Made by a program: the position numbers and the translations under genes. This document shows positions 47,101-60,062 of a stretch of 64,000 nucleotides of DNA, in pieces. The notes beneath the pieces are model-generated. The model was not told where the DNA came from and did no database searches. It saw only the letters and a program-made list of their open reading frames with translations. The stretch covers positions 90,832,001-90,896,000 of the forward strand of contig OZ076409.1 in the NCBI GenBank assembly GCA_964187785.1. The letters are read 5' to 3'. This DNA comes from Amphiscolops sp. MND2022 (lineage: Eukaryota). Each line of letters opens with the position of its first letter. Positions within the stretch are counted from its first letter, which is position 1.

Positions 47101-49960
47101 ACGGCAATAAAATTTCTTGAACAATACATCCAAGTGAACGGAATACCAAAAACAATGAGAACCGATAAGGCCACCACCTTTACGTGAAATTTGTTTAGAG
47201 ACTTTTGTAAAAAACCTTACATCAAACTAATATACGGGACACCGTATATCCATACCCCTACCGGCCTGGTAGAGCGGGGGTTCAGAACGTTGAGAAAAAA
47301 TTTGTTAACAAACATAAAAGCCGGAGAACCCTTCAGCAAGGCCTTGCATTTATCGCTAGATGTAATGAGAAAAACACCTCACTCATGTTTGAAAAAATCC
47401 GCTTTCGAACTGCATTACGGCCGAAAACCGAACAAGGAAATGAGTAATCTACTGAAGCTCGAAAATTTAAAAACACTAACAAACAATTCCGTTTTAGCAA
47501 AACTAGATACCTTGCAGGTATACTCATTCAATGGAGCTGGCGGTGTGTCTGACCAGCTGCCAATGAAGCCGAAGAAAAACACAAAAGGAGTCAGTAACTA
47601 TCCCTTTTTATTTTTAGGAAAACGAAACATCAACGTAATAAATTCGAAAGCGCTTATTCCGATAAACCACAACTAGCCGTATCCGGCACAAAACATGCCA
47701 TAACTACACCAAACGAAAGAATTCTCCATAGGAAAATGATTAGTAAACCCATTTCTGAATTTTCCCGGGAGCAGAGCAACAGAGGGATTGGCCCACACGG
47801 ACCAGACGGCCGATTTATCAGATCACCGTCCAAACAAAAACAGGCGATGGTGATAGAATCGGGCAGCGAATCCGAGACGCCATTAATGGACACAGAGAGC
47901 CCAAAAACACCAGAACTGCCGGCAAACACAACCATTAATAGCACATTTGGGAGAGGCAGACCAAAGCTGGTCCGAGACCGAACAAACTCAAATTCCTCAA
48001 GGACAACAACCACACCTGGCGCACTAACTGTAGTCACCAAGAACATGACGGACACGGAAGTAGACCGTGCCATAGAAGACGCTAAACAAGCGGATCAAGA
48101 AGTTTTTATCAGAGACGAAAACGGTAAGGTAATTACTGACAACAACACTAACTCATATACTTTGAAAGATAACTTCGATAACTCTGATCTAGAACTAGCG
48201 AGCAATTAAAGCTCAAGTACCGAAATTGACACTGAAGAAAAAGAACCCGTTCGCAGATCGAAGAGACTGACAAAAACCAACCCAATTATTAGATAAAATA
48301 ATCATATTTGTCATGATTACATCAAACACCGTAAGAAGACTGAATTCGGAAACAGCACCGAATCAACCAACTGCACAACCGGAGAGGAAAGAAGACGATC
48401 TCCAGACCGGTTAAAAACAAACATCCAGACGTTATGGCCAATCAACAACCGAAACGGACAAACTTGCCAGGAACGGTCAACCGTCCACCATATATCGGAC
48501 CAGTGGAGGAATAACCGCCACAACAGGAAATACAACAACCCCATTGGCCAAACACCAACCAATTGTAGAGGGGGGAATATGGAGGACAGACGAACTGAAT
48601 TTAGAAATTAATTAGTCTGCCTCATTTCTATTTATTGTCTATATCGACAAAGATGCTCTTTATAGTATGTACCTGCCTGCCACATAAGTGCAGATGATGT
48701 TCTCTCCTACATATTAATACAAAAAGAACAAAGCTAGAGAATGGTTGAATTTTACATGATAAACTCTTTTCAACCAGTATTCTAACAAGATACAACAGTC
48801 ATGAAGCCAATGGTATGCACCACGACATTCTGTGCACTAAAATGGTCACACAAAAACAATTTCGTGGTTTTTAATTCAATCGAACAGAACTTCAAGCGGT
48901 TTCTATTTTAATACTTTTAGCAAATAGGAAATGTGTTGGACAATTGAACGGTATTCAGGATAAAACATGCATTCTAGACTCAAAAGGGTGCTTAACATTA
49001 TCAAACCTAACGACTCGTTCAGATAAGTTAGTACAGTTGTCAAAAAAGATTGAATTAACTATCAGCTTAACAACTAACTATTACTAACTATTAGTGATTG
49101 ACTATCAAACAGTACCGGACGAGACCAAAGGGTCCCCCTTTCATTTTTTTCGGCATTGCGAGACTTTTTTAAAAAAAAAAACATTTTCCCCCGAAGAGTC
49201 CCATTCAATTTTTTGGAGTTTTGCGACAAAATGGATGTTGAAAAATCCCAAAGGGTCCCCTTTCAATTTTTTCGGCATTATGAGACTTTTTTCAAAAAAA
49301 TTCGGGTGCTGTAGAAGAGAATATTTTGATACTTTGAAGTCCTTTTGCTATTTTTGAGCCTTAGATATGGCGCCGACCTGTGTCGGTTCCGACTTGTTTT
49401 GCTATACTCAAGCAACCGAGTTCGACTTACCTCAGGCCGGGATTATCACTAGAGCTAATACTTCGACTAAAGTACGTTAACATTAAATAGGTTCTTTAAT
49501 CGTGAAGGTCGCTGAGACGTCCTAATATCACAATTTTTACCATGAACTTGCAGAGGTATTTTTAATTGAGAATATTCCGTTACTTTTCTTTCTCAAACAA
49601 TTTATGTTTGAAAGAGTTCGATCTTTCCATAACGTAGACTATTAGCAGTGTACGAAAATCATCACAGTGGCACTTTGCCTCTTGTAAAACTTTTCGCCAG
49701 TCGAATCATGTGTCTTTGCAGTTTAGAGCTGATTTCTGAAGTTATTGAAAAAATATTACCGTCTGGATTCTTTTGATAGAAGATGCGAAGTTGAGTCACA
49801 ATTGACCAGTCTATTTCTAGAATGGCAATCTGGATGTCATAAGGATCAAAAGATGTGTAGCAGAGGCCATTTGGTACTTGACCGTCCAGGAGATAATCGT
49901 CATTGAAACCTTCGTAATCTCTTGGAACAATTTTCTTCACAAACACTTGTTCCGGCTGCC
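32140..49960 (-). CDS. Partial multi-exon host gene with two tandem F-type-lectin/galactose-binding-like repeats
   Basis: Phase-compatible GT-AG exons 49960-49760, 36151-35960, 34283-34041, 33220-33014, 32668-32610 and 32434-32140 (last two less certain). Paralogous pairs ILEIDWSIVTQLRIFY / LQFSIHWSLVTHVDIY and LHFCDIIVYG / LHLCEVKVFG. First and last exons not resolved. Confidence 0.65.
33668..33928. mobile_element. MITE with ~59-bp terminal inverted repeats, flanked by TA
   Basis: GGTTGCTATGACTAATAATTCTTAATAACAATACATGTCTCTCATATGGGCTTTTTTGC from 33669 and its near-perfect reverse complement ending at 33927. Confidence 0.85.
36676..42107 (+). mobile_element. Non-autonomous LTR element (LARD-like) with ~735-bp LTRs and a non-coding 4-kb interior
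   Basis: Direct repeats 36676-37407 and 41366-42107 (TGTAAC...GTTACA). PPT-like GGGAAGGA before the 3' LTR. No gag/pol motifs seen inside and no clean TSD. Confidence 0.85.
37960..38600 (+). repeat. Diverged 360-bp internal tandem duplication
   Basis: CAGAAGATAGTACGGCCAATGGGAATACAATAAAAACGTTCCA at 38041 versus CAGAAGAGGGTACGGCCAGTGGCAATACAATAAAAACGTTCCA at 38401. Limits approximate. Confidence 0.75.
42707..48797 (+). mobile_element. Decayed conventional Ty3/Gypsy element with 220-bp LTRs
   Basis: LTRs 42707-42926 and 48578-48797. PPT AGAGGGGGGAA. TSD GTCAA/GTCAT (4 of 5 match). Confidence 0.93.
42982..48209 (+). pseudogene. Fragmented gag-pol
   Basis: FIIDSGS protease, LDLDYAY and WLDD RT, GFASR/ELELLA RNase H, FWWPKM...CIPC and LDFIGP/RTD/GLVER integrase. 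Numerous stops and frameshifts. Confidence 0.9.
49110..49398 (+). repeat. Interspersed non-coding repeat family, copy 1
   Basis: AAAGGGTCCCC sub-repeats and end TTTTGAGCCTTAGATATGGCGCCGAC...CTTGTT. Inverted copy at 62471-62770; related pieces near 30150-30330 and 56560-56640. Confidence 0.75.
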
Positions 49961-50605
49961 CTGGCAACAAAGATTCAAACTTTGGTCATATTTTATTACA
50001 ATACGTTGATTATTCTCGTCAAAGTTAAGTTCAAGTGAAGCCATTCTTTTAATTTATAGCTCCCCTAGTCAACACTGCAAAAACTTTCTTCAAAAAAAAC
50101 TCTCGTCAAAAAACTAAAAAATCAAGATGTTTTTGCAATCGCCAATCCACTAGCGTTTCACCGCAATTTCCAGGCGGGTCTTCATTGCGCTGGACATCTA
50201 TTGCGTTGAAATTTTGATAGTGATTCAAACAAGACAACTATCCAACTCATCTTTTGACTGAAAACAAAAAAGGAAAAATGAAAAAGGAAAAATGAAAAAG
50301 GAAAAATGGAAAAGAAATTTCAATCGGTCGAACTAATCACAATAATGTAATCAGCAATGTTCACGTCCCATAATCCACAAAAAAGGTGTGCAATTAAGCA
50401 GACTGTGCAATTAAACTGAGTCTACTGTATTAACTAGTCTATTTCGGACCTAATCGGGCCAATTTGATTTTCGGCGCGATGGGAAGGTTTCCAAATAGTC
50501 ACCAATTTCGGCCTTTGCAGTTTAATAATCCGAAAGTATTAACCTCTTCCTTTACAGTTGCGCCACATTTTTTCTCATATTTTGGCTACTCATCTGACTA
50601 TGTGA

Positions 50606-50692
50606 GAGGAGGAGCAGGAAGAGGAGGAGGAGGAGGAGGAGGAGGAGGAGGAGGAGGAGGAGGAGGAGGAGGAGGAGGAGGAGGAGGAGGAA
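50606..50692 (+). repeat. (GGA)n microsatellite, (TCC)n on the minus strand
   Basis: Long near-perfect GGA run. Confidence 0.97.
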
Positions 50693-53600
50693 GAAAAGCA
50701 CTTTATTTTCGGCATGATATCAGTTATACAAAAACTGATAGGCGAATGGGGTAGTCTATATGCGGTTTGATTGAAATTCATGGATTACATTGTCACCTAA
50801 TTTTTACATGATTGTATAAATTTTACATAAATATTATGAATTATTCATAATAGGATGAACAGTCAATTTGTTTGTTACATCTTATTCAATCGCTATGCCA
50901 TTTTTATATGTCTTCAGTAGGTGTTTTGAAAGCTTCGAGCAAAAGTTTTCATTTTCGTCAAGTTGCCGAGGTGGAAGTGGAAAAGAGTTGAAATTTCTAA
51001 TTGTAAAGAACGCAAGAGAACTTTTCAGTATTTCTGATCCAGAATTGCTATACAGTTTTCGAGTTTTGGTTCTCCTGTTTACAGTCCAATTGAAATTTGG
51101 TAATTTTACCTGGTCTTTAAATGCAGGTAGTAAAATGAGAAAGTGTTTCTGGTAATACAAAAGACAGCTCTTTTCTAGCAATAGTTCGAAGGCTAAAATT
51201 TTATGCGATAGTTGGTGGGGGAAAACGGTTTTTTTCTTTTGATGCACATATTCTCATGCCCCGTTTCATCTGTTTGTCAATTTGTTTCTTTTGAATTTCT
51301 GTTATTGATGTTCAGAAGTTCATCGATTTTGAATTTTGTAAATGAGGCAAAACCAGTGTCTTTAGCCAGGCTATACGAGATCAAAGTGGTATGGTTCAGC
51401 GAACAATTTCGATTATACGAATTCCAGCGCTCATTTTGCGTAGCATTATATTTATATGATCTTGAAAATCCAGATTATGGTGTAACATCACTCCCAACAA
51501 CATTGCTCTACCTTGAGAATGGATTAGTTGTCCATCGATAGTTATTTGTAGGAGTTTTTGGAATTGAGGTATTCTTTTTGGAAAGGACAACTAATTCAGT
51601 CTTCGCGACATTGAATTTCAGTTTTTTCGTTTTGAAGTAGGTTACTATCCTTTGGAAGTTTTGCTCGAGTGACGCTTTGCATTCCGTTAGGGAAGTATCT
51701 TTTTCATAAGGTGTTGTGTCATCTGCATAAAATGCTATTTAGGCCTAATATGTCTGGAAGATCGTTGAGTTGATGTATAGCAAGAATAAACGTGGACCTA
51801 GAATTGTGCCTTGAGGAACTCCTTGTTGCGGTATATGAGTATTGGAGAGTATGATGTTTACTTTGGTACGATTTTCATGGTTTTGGAGCAAACTTGACAG
51901 GAGCCGACAAGCCGAATTGGAAAGCCCTAGATTTTCAAACCCTTTAATCAATACTTCATGTGACAGGGAGTCAAACGCTATAGATAGATCCAAGAAGACA
52001 GCTGTTCTGTTACATATTTGTTGTCATTAATGTTGATGCGGACTGTTTCGACAGAATGTAATAGAGCATCTACCGTAGAGTACTTTACTCTGAATCAGAA
52101 TAGTTTTTGAAAAAATCCTTTTTATCATTGAGAATATTCGCATGTGTTTTTGAAAAGGTTTCTCTAAAATTTTTGCGAATGGACATGGTATTGAAACTTG
52201 TCAGCAGTTTTCTGGTTCTAATCCGCATCCGTCTTTCTATATTGGAATGACTGTCGACTTTTTCAGAATTTGCGGAAAATGCATTCCTTGATAGCTTCAT
52301 TGAATATGTGGGTACGATATTGATTGATACAGTCTTTGATTGCCCAAATTGGAGTATTGTTTGGTCCCGATGGTTCCCAAGATTTTATTTGGTTATTGCA
52401 TTCGTATACCTCGTAAGATGTGATAAATTGAAAACCAAAAACATCACTCTTTTCACTGTGCGATATTATAATCTCATCTGTCTGATATTCAGGGTAGAAC
52501 TGTCCCAATGTAGCAAAATTATAGTTCAAAAGGTCACCCATCTGTTCAGGATCCATTATTTTGTTGTCGAATGAATTTTCTAAAACTTCTAATTCTTCCT
52601 CATTGTCTTTGGTGAAGTCATTGATGTATTTCCATTTTGCCTTCTGGGTACTCAGACTAGAAAAGTGCTGTTGTGATTGTTTTTCATGGGCATAATTCAA
52701 AACGTTGTTCAATTTGTTTTTTGCTTTTTTTAAAGTGCGTAAGGTTTCCCGTAGTGCTTGAGATTTGCCAGAGTAATTTTTTTTCGATAGTTCTGGGATT
52801 TTTTCTGTATCTCCTTCTGCTAATGAATTTCTTTCTTTCGCGCTTGTTCCTTCTTAAAAAAACGTTCTTCAGAGGGGCCACTAGGTTTAGGCATTCGACG
52901 AATTTTTCAATGAAGCGGGATAAATTTTTCTCCGTGCCACCTATTGTGTATATTTGACCCAGATCCAGATTCCCTTGCTGGAAAAGGTTTGGCAATCCTT
53001 CTTTAGCTTAGTTAGACTTGTCTCGTATTGTTATCAGGTTTGCATCGCATTTATTGTTTGGCCTGATGCCAGATACAGCAGTGACCATTTGGTAGTCGGT
53101 ACCTAAGACGGTATCGCTGACGAATATTTCTTTGATGAAATCTTGTTCTCTGATAATGTAGTCTATTAGAGTTTCGGCTGTTTTACAAAGTTGTATTGGA
53201 ATGTTCTGTAGACATGATCGTAGTCCGTAGGGTTTGAACTCACTTTTAATTTTATTTTTCTCTTTCAGAAAGATGACATTGAAATCTCCCAAAAATTTTA
53301 TAGTTTTTTCCTCCTTTACAGCTTTTTCCAACCCATCAGAGTGAGGTTGTCGATGAAGCGAGGGTATTTTGCTCGAAATCAATTGTAACACACTAGTGAT
53401 ATGCGTGTAATTTCGACCCATAATCCTTCGAACCAGGCGGGATAAAAAATCATCAGGACTTCTCTCAATTTGCAGTTGAACCTTTTTGGAAAGAAGATGG
53501 CAACACCTCCTCCTTGTTCTTGCTGACTACAAACGTTATCTTGATCTACACGGAAGCATTTGCGAGTGCCTTTCATTGACCATATGTTTTTATCTTCTTT

Positions 53601-55140
53601 GTTCAGCCAGGTTTCAGTAAGACCTAGTGTGGTGTTTTTATCGAAGCTACTCATTAGGAGTTCTAACTCATTGTACTTGTGTTGTAGCGATCGACCGTTC
53701 AGCAGTACAAATTTTAGTAATGTTTCTTGTTTTCTGACTGCTCGACGACTTTTTCGTAAGATATGGTGCTTTCTCCGGGAGGTCCAGGACTTGTCTCATT
53801 ACCTCCTGATTCTTTCAGTTTTTTCTTCATTAGAAAATGTCGACTTGAGTTTGCGTTTCGTGTTGGATACGTAAGAAAACGGAGTCTAAAAGGTTTTTGG
53901 TTAACTATAATGTTCAAGAGGCACCATTCGCACTAATGTTTTCATTATATATAGAAGTATTAGCAGAGCGATCCAAGAGTTATCAAATTTATATGGCATC
54001 GAGAACAAAAATTTTTCCAAATTTTATTAATGGGGAACCCAACTTTCGAAAAGTTCTAGTAATCATGGAGCGCTTGGTAATTCCCACTTGTGTTTGCATA
54101 ATAGTTGAAATGGCTCGTTTTACTATGATGATGATAATTATGGGGGTACTTGATAGTCATGGGGGATTTCGAGGGGGTTGCTACCTATATACATAGAGTT
54201 TGTGCCTCATTGAGGTTTTGTTAGGAGGGGAATTCGGCATTAAAGTTTCCGCGTTTAGTTAACAGTCGTTCTTCTCGTGGCACGTTGCTGGAGACATCTC
54301 CCAATTCGCTCATGATCAAATTTTTCACAAACAGCGAGCCTTTGCATGAATTCAAATGGACTTCGTCTGTGTAAAAGGACTGTATTTCTGCATTTTTGAG
54401 GCTGATGATCTTCCAAAGTACAGGTATAATCGTAATTCGTTCATTGCCATCTTGCTCGGCGTATTCGTTTATTAGTTTGTTGAAATTCCCAATTCGTTTG
54501 TTGGTATCTGGATCATTGGCACTCTTTGGAGGAGACCCATTTGAGAAGAGCTGCGAGGGGTTGAATTTCGCCCTGATATTGTCAAGTAAGGCAGTGTATT
54601 GGGTGACGACGTGTTCGGGGAAATACTCAACTGTTTGAGAATGGAGTTTGTTCCGTCCTGTAGTGTGATAGTTTTTAGAGGGCGATGTTCTACTTCTCCA
54701 ATATCATGGGGTTTTCTATGGTAGATGATCCTGATTATGAATGGATGAGGACGTCTGCAGGCAAATCCTTCGGTTGGATGTGTTTAACATGCTGCTGCCA
54801 ATGACAAGTTGTTCAGTTTTTTCCTCGAAGGCTTTGGATTCCATAGTTTTTGGCTAGGCATAGTTGGTTGTGTGGAGATGTCACCGATTTACACTTGGAG
54901 GTTTCGGCTTGGTGCATTGTCCTGGTTTTGAACTGGGTTGGAAGCTTGCTTTTTTTAATGAGTTTCAATTGCCTTTAGAGATGAAGCATTGCAGTTACGC
55001 AGTTTCTCGTAGTCATCACACTTCGATTTGTACAATTGGTATGCGTCTTTTTTGGTCATTTGCTCGAATGCTTCAAATGAGATGGTCATTTCTAATATTT
55101 TTCGAAAGCCGGGCATTCCCACTTTCAAATTCTTCATCGG
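50606..55140 (-). mobile_element. Decayed LINE related to the 25.5-30.1 kb element
   Basis: Minus-strand remnants FEQMTKKDAYQLY and QDGTNSIL (ORF1); LTETWL, GDFN, LIDY (APE); DLSIAFD, GVPQGTILGP (RT). Many stops and frameshifts. Confidence 0.9.
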
Positions 55141-57762
55141 CTACTAAGTTTATCACTAAAAGTAGGCTTGAAATATACAGTAATTACCGCTTCTCTGATA
55201 ACAGGCTGAATGTGACGACGGTTTTTCCAGTTTAATAAGTGAACGAAATTAAGGGCTATTTCTGGTGACAAGACAGGTGCTTTTAAAAATAGAACTAAAT
55301 TTCATTCACTGTTACATTACAACTGCCGCCAACTTTTCAATGAGTCTTTCAAGCAGCTGGATAAACGTCGCATAAAACCGGGAACTGTCATTATATTAGA
55401 ATTTCCGTTAGGAACATTAGAAAAACATGACATAAAATGTTAGCAACCTTCAGAACAAGTGGATAGTTCATTTTCAAATAGGTTCGAGTAATTTCGAGTA
55501 ATATTTCAATCCGATTCAGCTCGAATTCCGAATTACATTTTTAAAACATAGACCAATTGATCTTGAGCCATAGCATAGTCTTGATAACCCTTTCGCTACT
55601 AACCATATTTCTTCATTGCTTCGATATCAGTTTGAAACTCACTATTTCCACGCTCCCATAAGAACTGAAAGACAATAAAAACCAATCTGGGATATTGTAA
55701 CATAACAACCCAACGATCGAAGACACGCTACGCCTGCAAAGATGATGGTTAATCTTGTTAAATCATGGTAAGCGTACCATGTCTTCGATCGCTGGGAAAA
55801 CTGCAAGAATCATACAACTAAGAAATTAACCTGCGAAATTAAGAAAATGACACCAAGAACAACAAACGGAAGTAACGAGCATGACGCAATAACTATCCTT
55901 TTATGGCTCCTAAAAAATTTACAAAACGTTTGTTTTTCTGCCAGTTTTTGTGAGCTCATTTTCGGATCTTAATTTTAAAACGCTAACTGAAGAAAGTAGA
56001 AATCAAATTGTTACTGTTTTCACCAATGCAAAATTTAATTGTTTGACAGAGACAATTTTAAACAAGCATAGACGTGACGTGTAGGATCCTTTCTTTGTGT
56101 TTTGAAGTAATAAAAAATGCTTCTCTATAACTGTAGCTATTTCGATGGCTTTCTAATTTTGTGACAAACATTTTTTCAACCGGGAACATGCAATATTATC
56201 ACCAAAATAGAGCAAACATGGCAATATCAGATCAATTCACAGTGTATTTCAATTTAGTCTTTCTACACGAGCATATCAATTTTCAGCCGACGCTTTTTCA
56301 TCTGTTGCATTATCTTGTCGAATGTTTGGAGGTGCGCTTTTCAAATTTTATTTGAGTAGAGATGCGTCTTGCAGACAATAAACAAGACGAGAGCATCTCA
56401 AGTCGGCGCACTGCTTAATGCTCAAAAAGTGCAAAGTCTGAGAGTGACTTTAAACAAACTCTCAAAAATTCTAGAGATCTAAAAATAACCAAAGGAGCAA
56501 CTTGCGGCCTACAAAAACGCATTTCTTTGACTGCAATTAGCAAAAAAAACCAATTTAAGGGGGAAAAGTTTTTTTTTGAAATTTTGTCGGGAAGAAAAAT
56601 CGCAAAGTGCCGGAAACCTTAAAGGGGGTACCCTTTGCTTCTTTCTAGCCTTGTAATATGGTCATAGATGCATTTTAGACTTGTTTCACGACGCTATGAA
56701 ATCACGAACAAAGATGAACAAATTCAGCAAAAAAAACGGAACCATTTAGAGAAACAAACACGTGCGTCTGTAAAAGTTGGCTATTTTTGTAACAAAAAAC
56801 GCCAACTAAGAATGGGTGTTGATTCTATCAACAATTTCACCTTTGTTAGTTACTCTCAACGCCTTGATTGATTGGCAAGAATTGGAAGACGCTAATTAAT
56901 TTGAATTACTTAAATGACTTCATCTGACGTCAGAAACAGCCCTTGTACTGGGAAGAATGTCATTCAATGCATACCATGACTAAGTGCCATTGTGCCCGGA
57001 ATTCAAACTTACACATTGGTGGTCAGGATGGGGGAAATACTCAGGCCTTTGCTAATTTTCAGCAGCGTTTTGCCTTTTAGAACACAGTAAACAGAAAACC
57101 CAGTGAAACAATCTTGCAAATGAAAAGCCCAGTTAAAAATATAATTATTTTTTCAGGCTTTAAAAACAGCCCTCGTTCCTCAAGTTTCTCCCTTTTTTCC
57201 ATTTGAAAGTATTTCTTCAGGCGTTAGCCGGTTGTAAGTTGTAAGTGCGTTAGCCGGTTTCCGTGGCAGGGTCGACTAGGCATTGTACGCTATAATCCTC
57301 ATCCAAACTCATTCGTTTTGAATCTATTCAATAATTCTTGACTGCAGACAAAGATTAAAATTTTTATTACCAGACTATGAAGGCTAATTGAAATCTTCTT
57401 CATCACGCCACGCGAAATGTGCTTTGAGATCGTCGTAGAGTTTTCTCAGCGTGAACGGTTGTTTCGCCAAAATCAGGTCTCACTTAGTAACCCTTGAAGC
57501 ACTGCCTTCGATGCTGAATTTATAAGAAACGAAAATTACCGCGAATTGATTGAGCTCGGTTACTTTTTCCATCCTGTGACCCTTGAAATACGTAGCTCGT
57601 TTGTGAAATCAGCAAAACTTTCAAGACGCGTCTTTGTAAATTGCTCGTTGGCTCGCTTGACGACCAGCGAACTGGTACTTTCTCCAAACATGGTACCTCG
57701 ATGGCTTTCCAGATCGGCATGTGTCCTAGGAACAGTGACCAATGAAAAAACCTCAGAAATCA

Positions 57763-59161
57763 CTAGGTTACAAAAATCACAACTCATGCAAAATTCCTAC
57801 AAGAATTCTTGTAAAATCTTGTAAGAAAATGCAATTTTAGAATCTAACTCCTGCAAAAACCTTGCAAGAATTGCATTTTTCTGCTAAGAATGTTACGCAT
57901 AAATCTGAACAACTTCTCACAGAAATTGCATTTCTTGCCTAACAAAAATTTGAATGGCTGCTATAAAACGATCGAAAAATGTTACAATTGCCCTCTGTAA
58001 AGCTACGCTATTCTAGAGGAACAACTCTTTAAACATATATTCACAAGAAAGATGTAGTTGAATAAAAAAAGATGAAAAATTTGAGTCGATGTCGGGAATG
58101 TTTTCAGGAAATGCGTCATTTCTTCGGGAAACAATTCTTTCTTGGGCTCCACGAGAGAAACTGAGAATCCAAAACAAGCAGGCCAACCATAGAGCAAAAC
58201 CTTTTAAACGGCACCTTAAAAAAGATGGAAGTCGAAAGAAACACTGTAATGAATGTTTGATCCGTTTTGAGATCCATAAAAAAGCCCGAGATTTTTTCGG
58301 CAAACAATTCGTTTTTGGGCTATTTGGGGCAAATTGAGGAACAGTGGAATTCAGCAGGTCCACCAAAGAGCAAAAGATTTTGGAAAGCACCTCAAAAAAG
58401 ATGGAACTCGAAGGAAACACTACAATGAAAAACTACATCCAAAATACGGTATTTTTGGACGTTATTCCAATAAAATAAAGTGTTTTTAGATCTTTATCTA
58501 CCAAAATAAGGTGATTTTAGACGTTATTCCGCAAAAATATTGATTTTAGAGGTTATTCCCAAAAGGTGAATCAGTATTTTATTCACAAAAGTAGTGAATT
58601 TAGACGTTATTCTATCAAAAAACAGTAAATTTCAGACGCAATTCCAACAAAATAGTGTTTTTAGATCTTATTCCATCTTTTATTTGACTCTGGACCATTT
58701 CCATCTAAAATTTTTGACAATGTTCCAAATCTGGACCATTTTCATCTAAAATTTACGCTAATCTAACGCAGAATCCATAACTCAAAATCCTACCTACAAG
58801 CGGCTTCAGAACGCAGTGCCAAAAGCGTCCTTAATGCTACCCGGGCCAGTAAGGTAACCCTGTTTGAGATACAGATCCTCATTCATTTAGACCTTTAATA
58901 CCGATGTTATTCAGAAAAGACACAAAATTGAACGAGTGTTACCGTCTTGAACGAATTTTCAGTCAAAATTACACATCGCATTTTTTGTAAGAATTCCTTT
59001 TAATGCCATTTCTGCAGAAATGTGATCAGAATCTTGTAAGAATTGTTCGATATTGTAACGAATTTGCAAAATTTGCGATTTTTGTACAGACTGGTAAAGA
59101 AATGCAAAGTTGGCAAGAATTTCGGAAGAATCTTGCAAGATTTGTGATTTTTGCAACCTAG
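57763..59161. mobile_element. Non-autonomous DNA transposon-like element with TIRs and CAAGAAT-type subterminal repeats
   Basis: CTAGGTTACAAAAATCACAA at the left end and TTGTGATTTTTGCAACCTAG at the right end. Internal degenerate TTTAGACGTTATTCC repeats at 58450-58670. TSD not identified. Confidence 0.65.
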
Positions 59162-60062
59162 AGGAAACTTCCAATGACAGTCTTAGTTGAACCAAGGTTC
59201 AAAATTTGATGCTCTGTGTAAAGTTTTGATCTTTGATCGGCACAGTTTGTCTTAGCAGGTTGTATAGCCATTTATATTAGTTTTCCAGCATACAATCAGG
59301 CTTAGAAAAACAATATGTTGAAAAGATGTTTTCAATAGGCTTTTCGTTGAAATATAGGTAATTTCTTCTGTATCCTCTACATTCTAACAGTTCTAGCTCT
59401 TGTTTTGACGGTGGCAGTGATGGGAGAATGATTTGACATTTTTCAAAAATCTTGTTTTTAACTACAGGTGCCAGCTTCGTAAGGCCATTATTGTTGCTGG
59501 CAAACTAGAGATTCTGGATTCCAGTAAGCGCCCTAAGCATATAAATTTTCTTTTGGAGGAAATTCAAGGATCAAACCGAGGAATATTTTGTTCCCTAGAA
59601 GACTCTGTAGAATATGAGATCCATTCAGTAATGGTAAAATTAATTCACCATGTGATATGATATCAATTTTTCACACTGTCGTTGTTCCATTAGTCGGCTC
59701 AGTATAGTCTTTGCGCTAAAATCAAGAACGCTGACGTCTGGTGTAATATAACAGGAGAAATTATATTATTTTTCCCACTGACAGTAAATTGCCACAGTGG
59801 AGCAATTGCTGTTAAAATGTAACAAACTTTTCTCATGAAAAAGGTTTTTATCATAAATTCAGGTCCCACCATGCAGTGCATTCATTGCCTGTCACACTTT
59901 CTGTAAGAGCTGTAGATGTCGTATTCTTTAGATTGGAGTTCCGAGTCGTGTATAGTTTTGATAAACCAGAATTTCGATATTCATTAATAACCAGGTTTTT
60001 AAGTAGGACAACGTTAGCTGATTTTTAGCGTGTCTCTTCCATACACAAAGTACTGATATTGT

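Noticed and set aside
50464..50781. Poly-Gly and poly-Ser ORFs
   Set aside because: They are translations of the (GGA)n microsatellite.
55683..55910. Possible signal-peptide exon(s) of the lectin-like host gene (SLLPFVVLGVIFLISQ)
   Set aside because: I could not build a phase-consistent, stop-free splice chain, so it was left out of the model.
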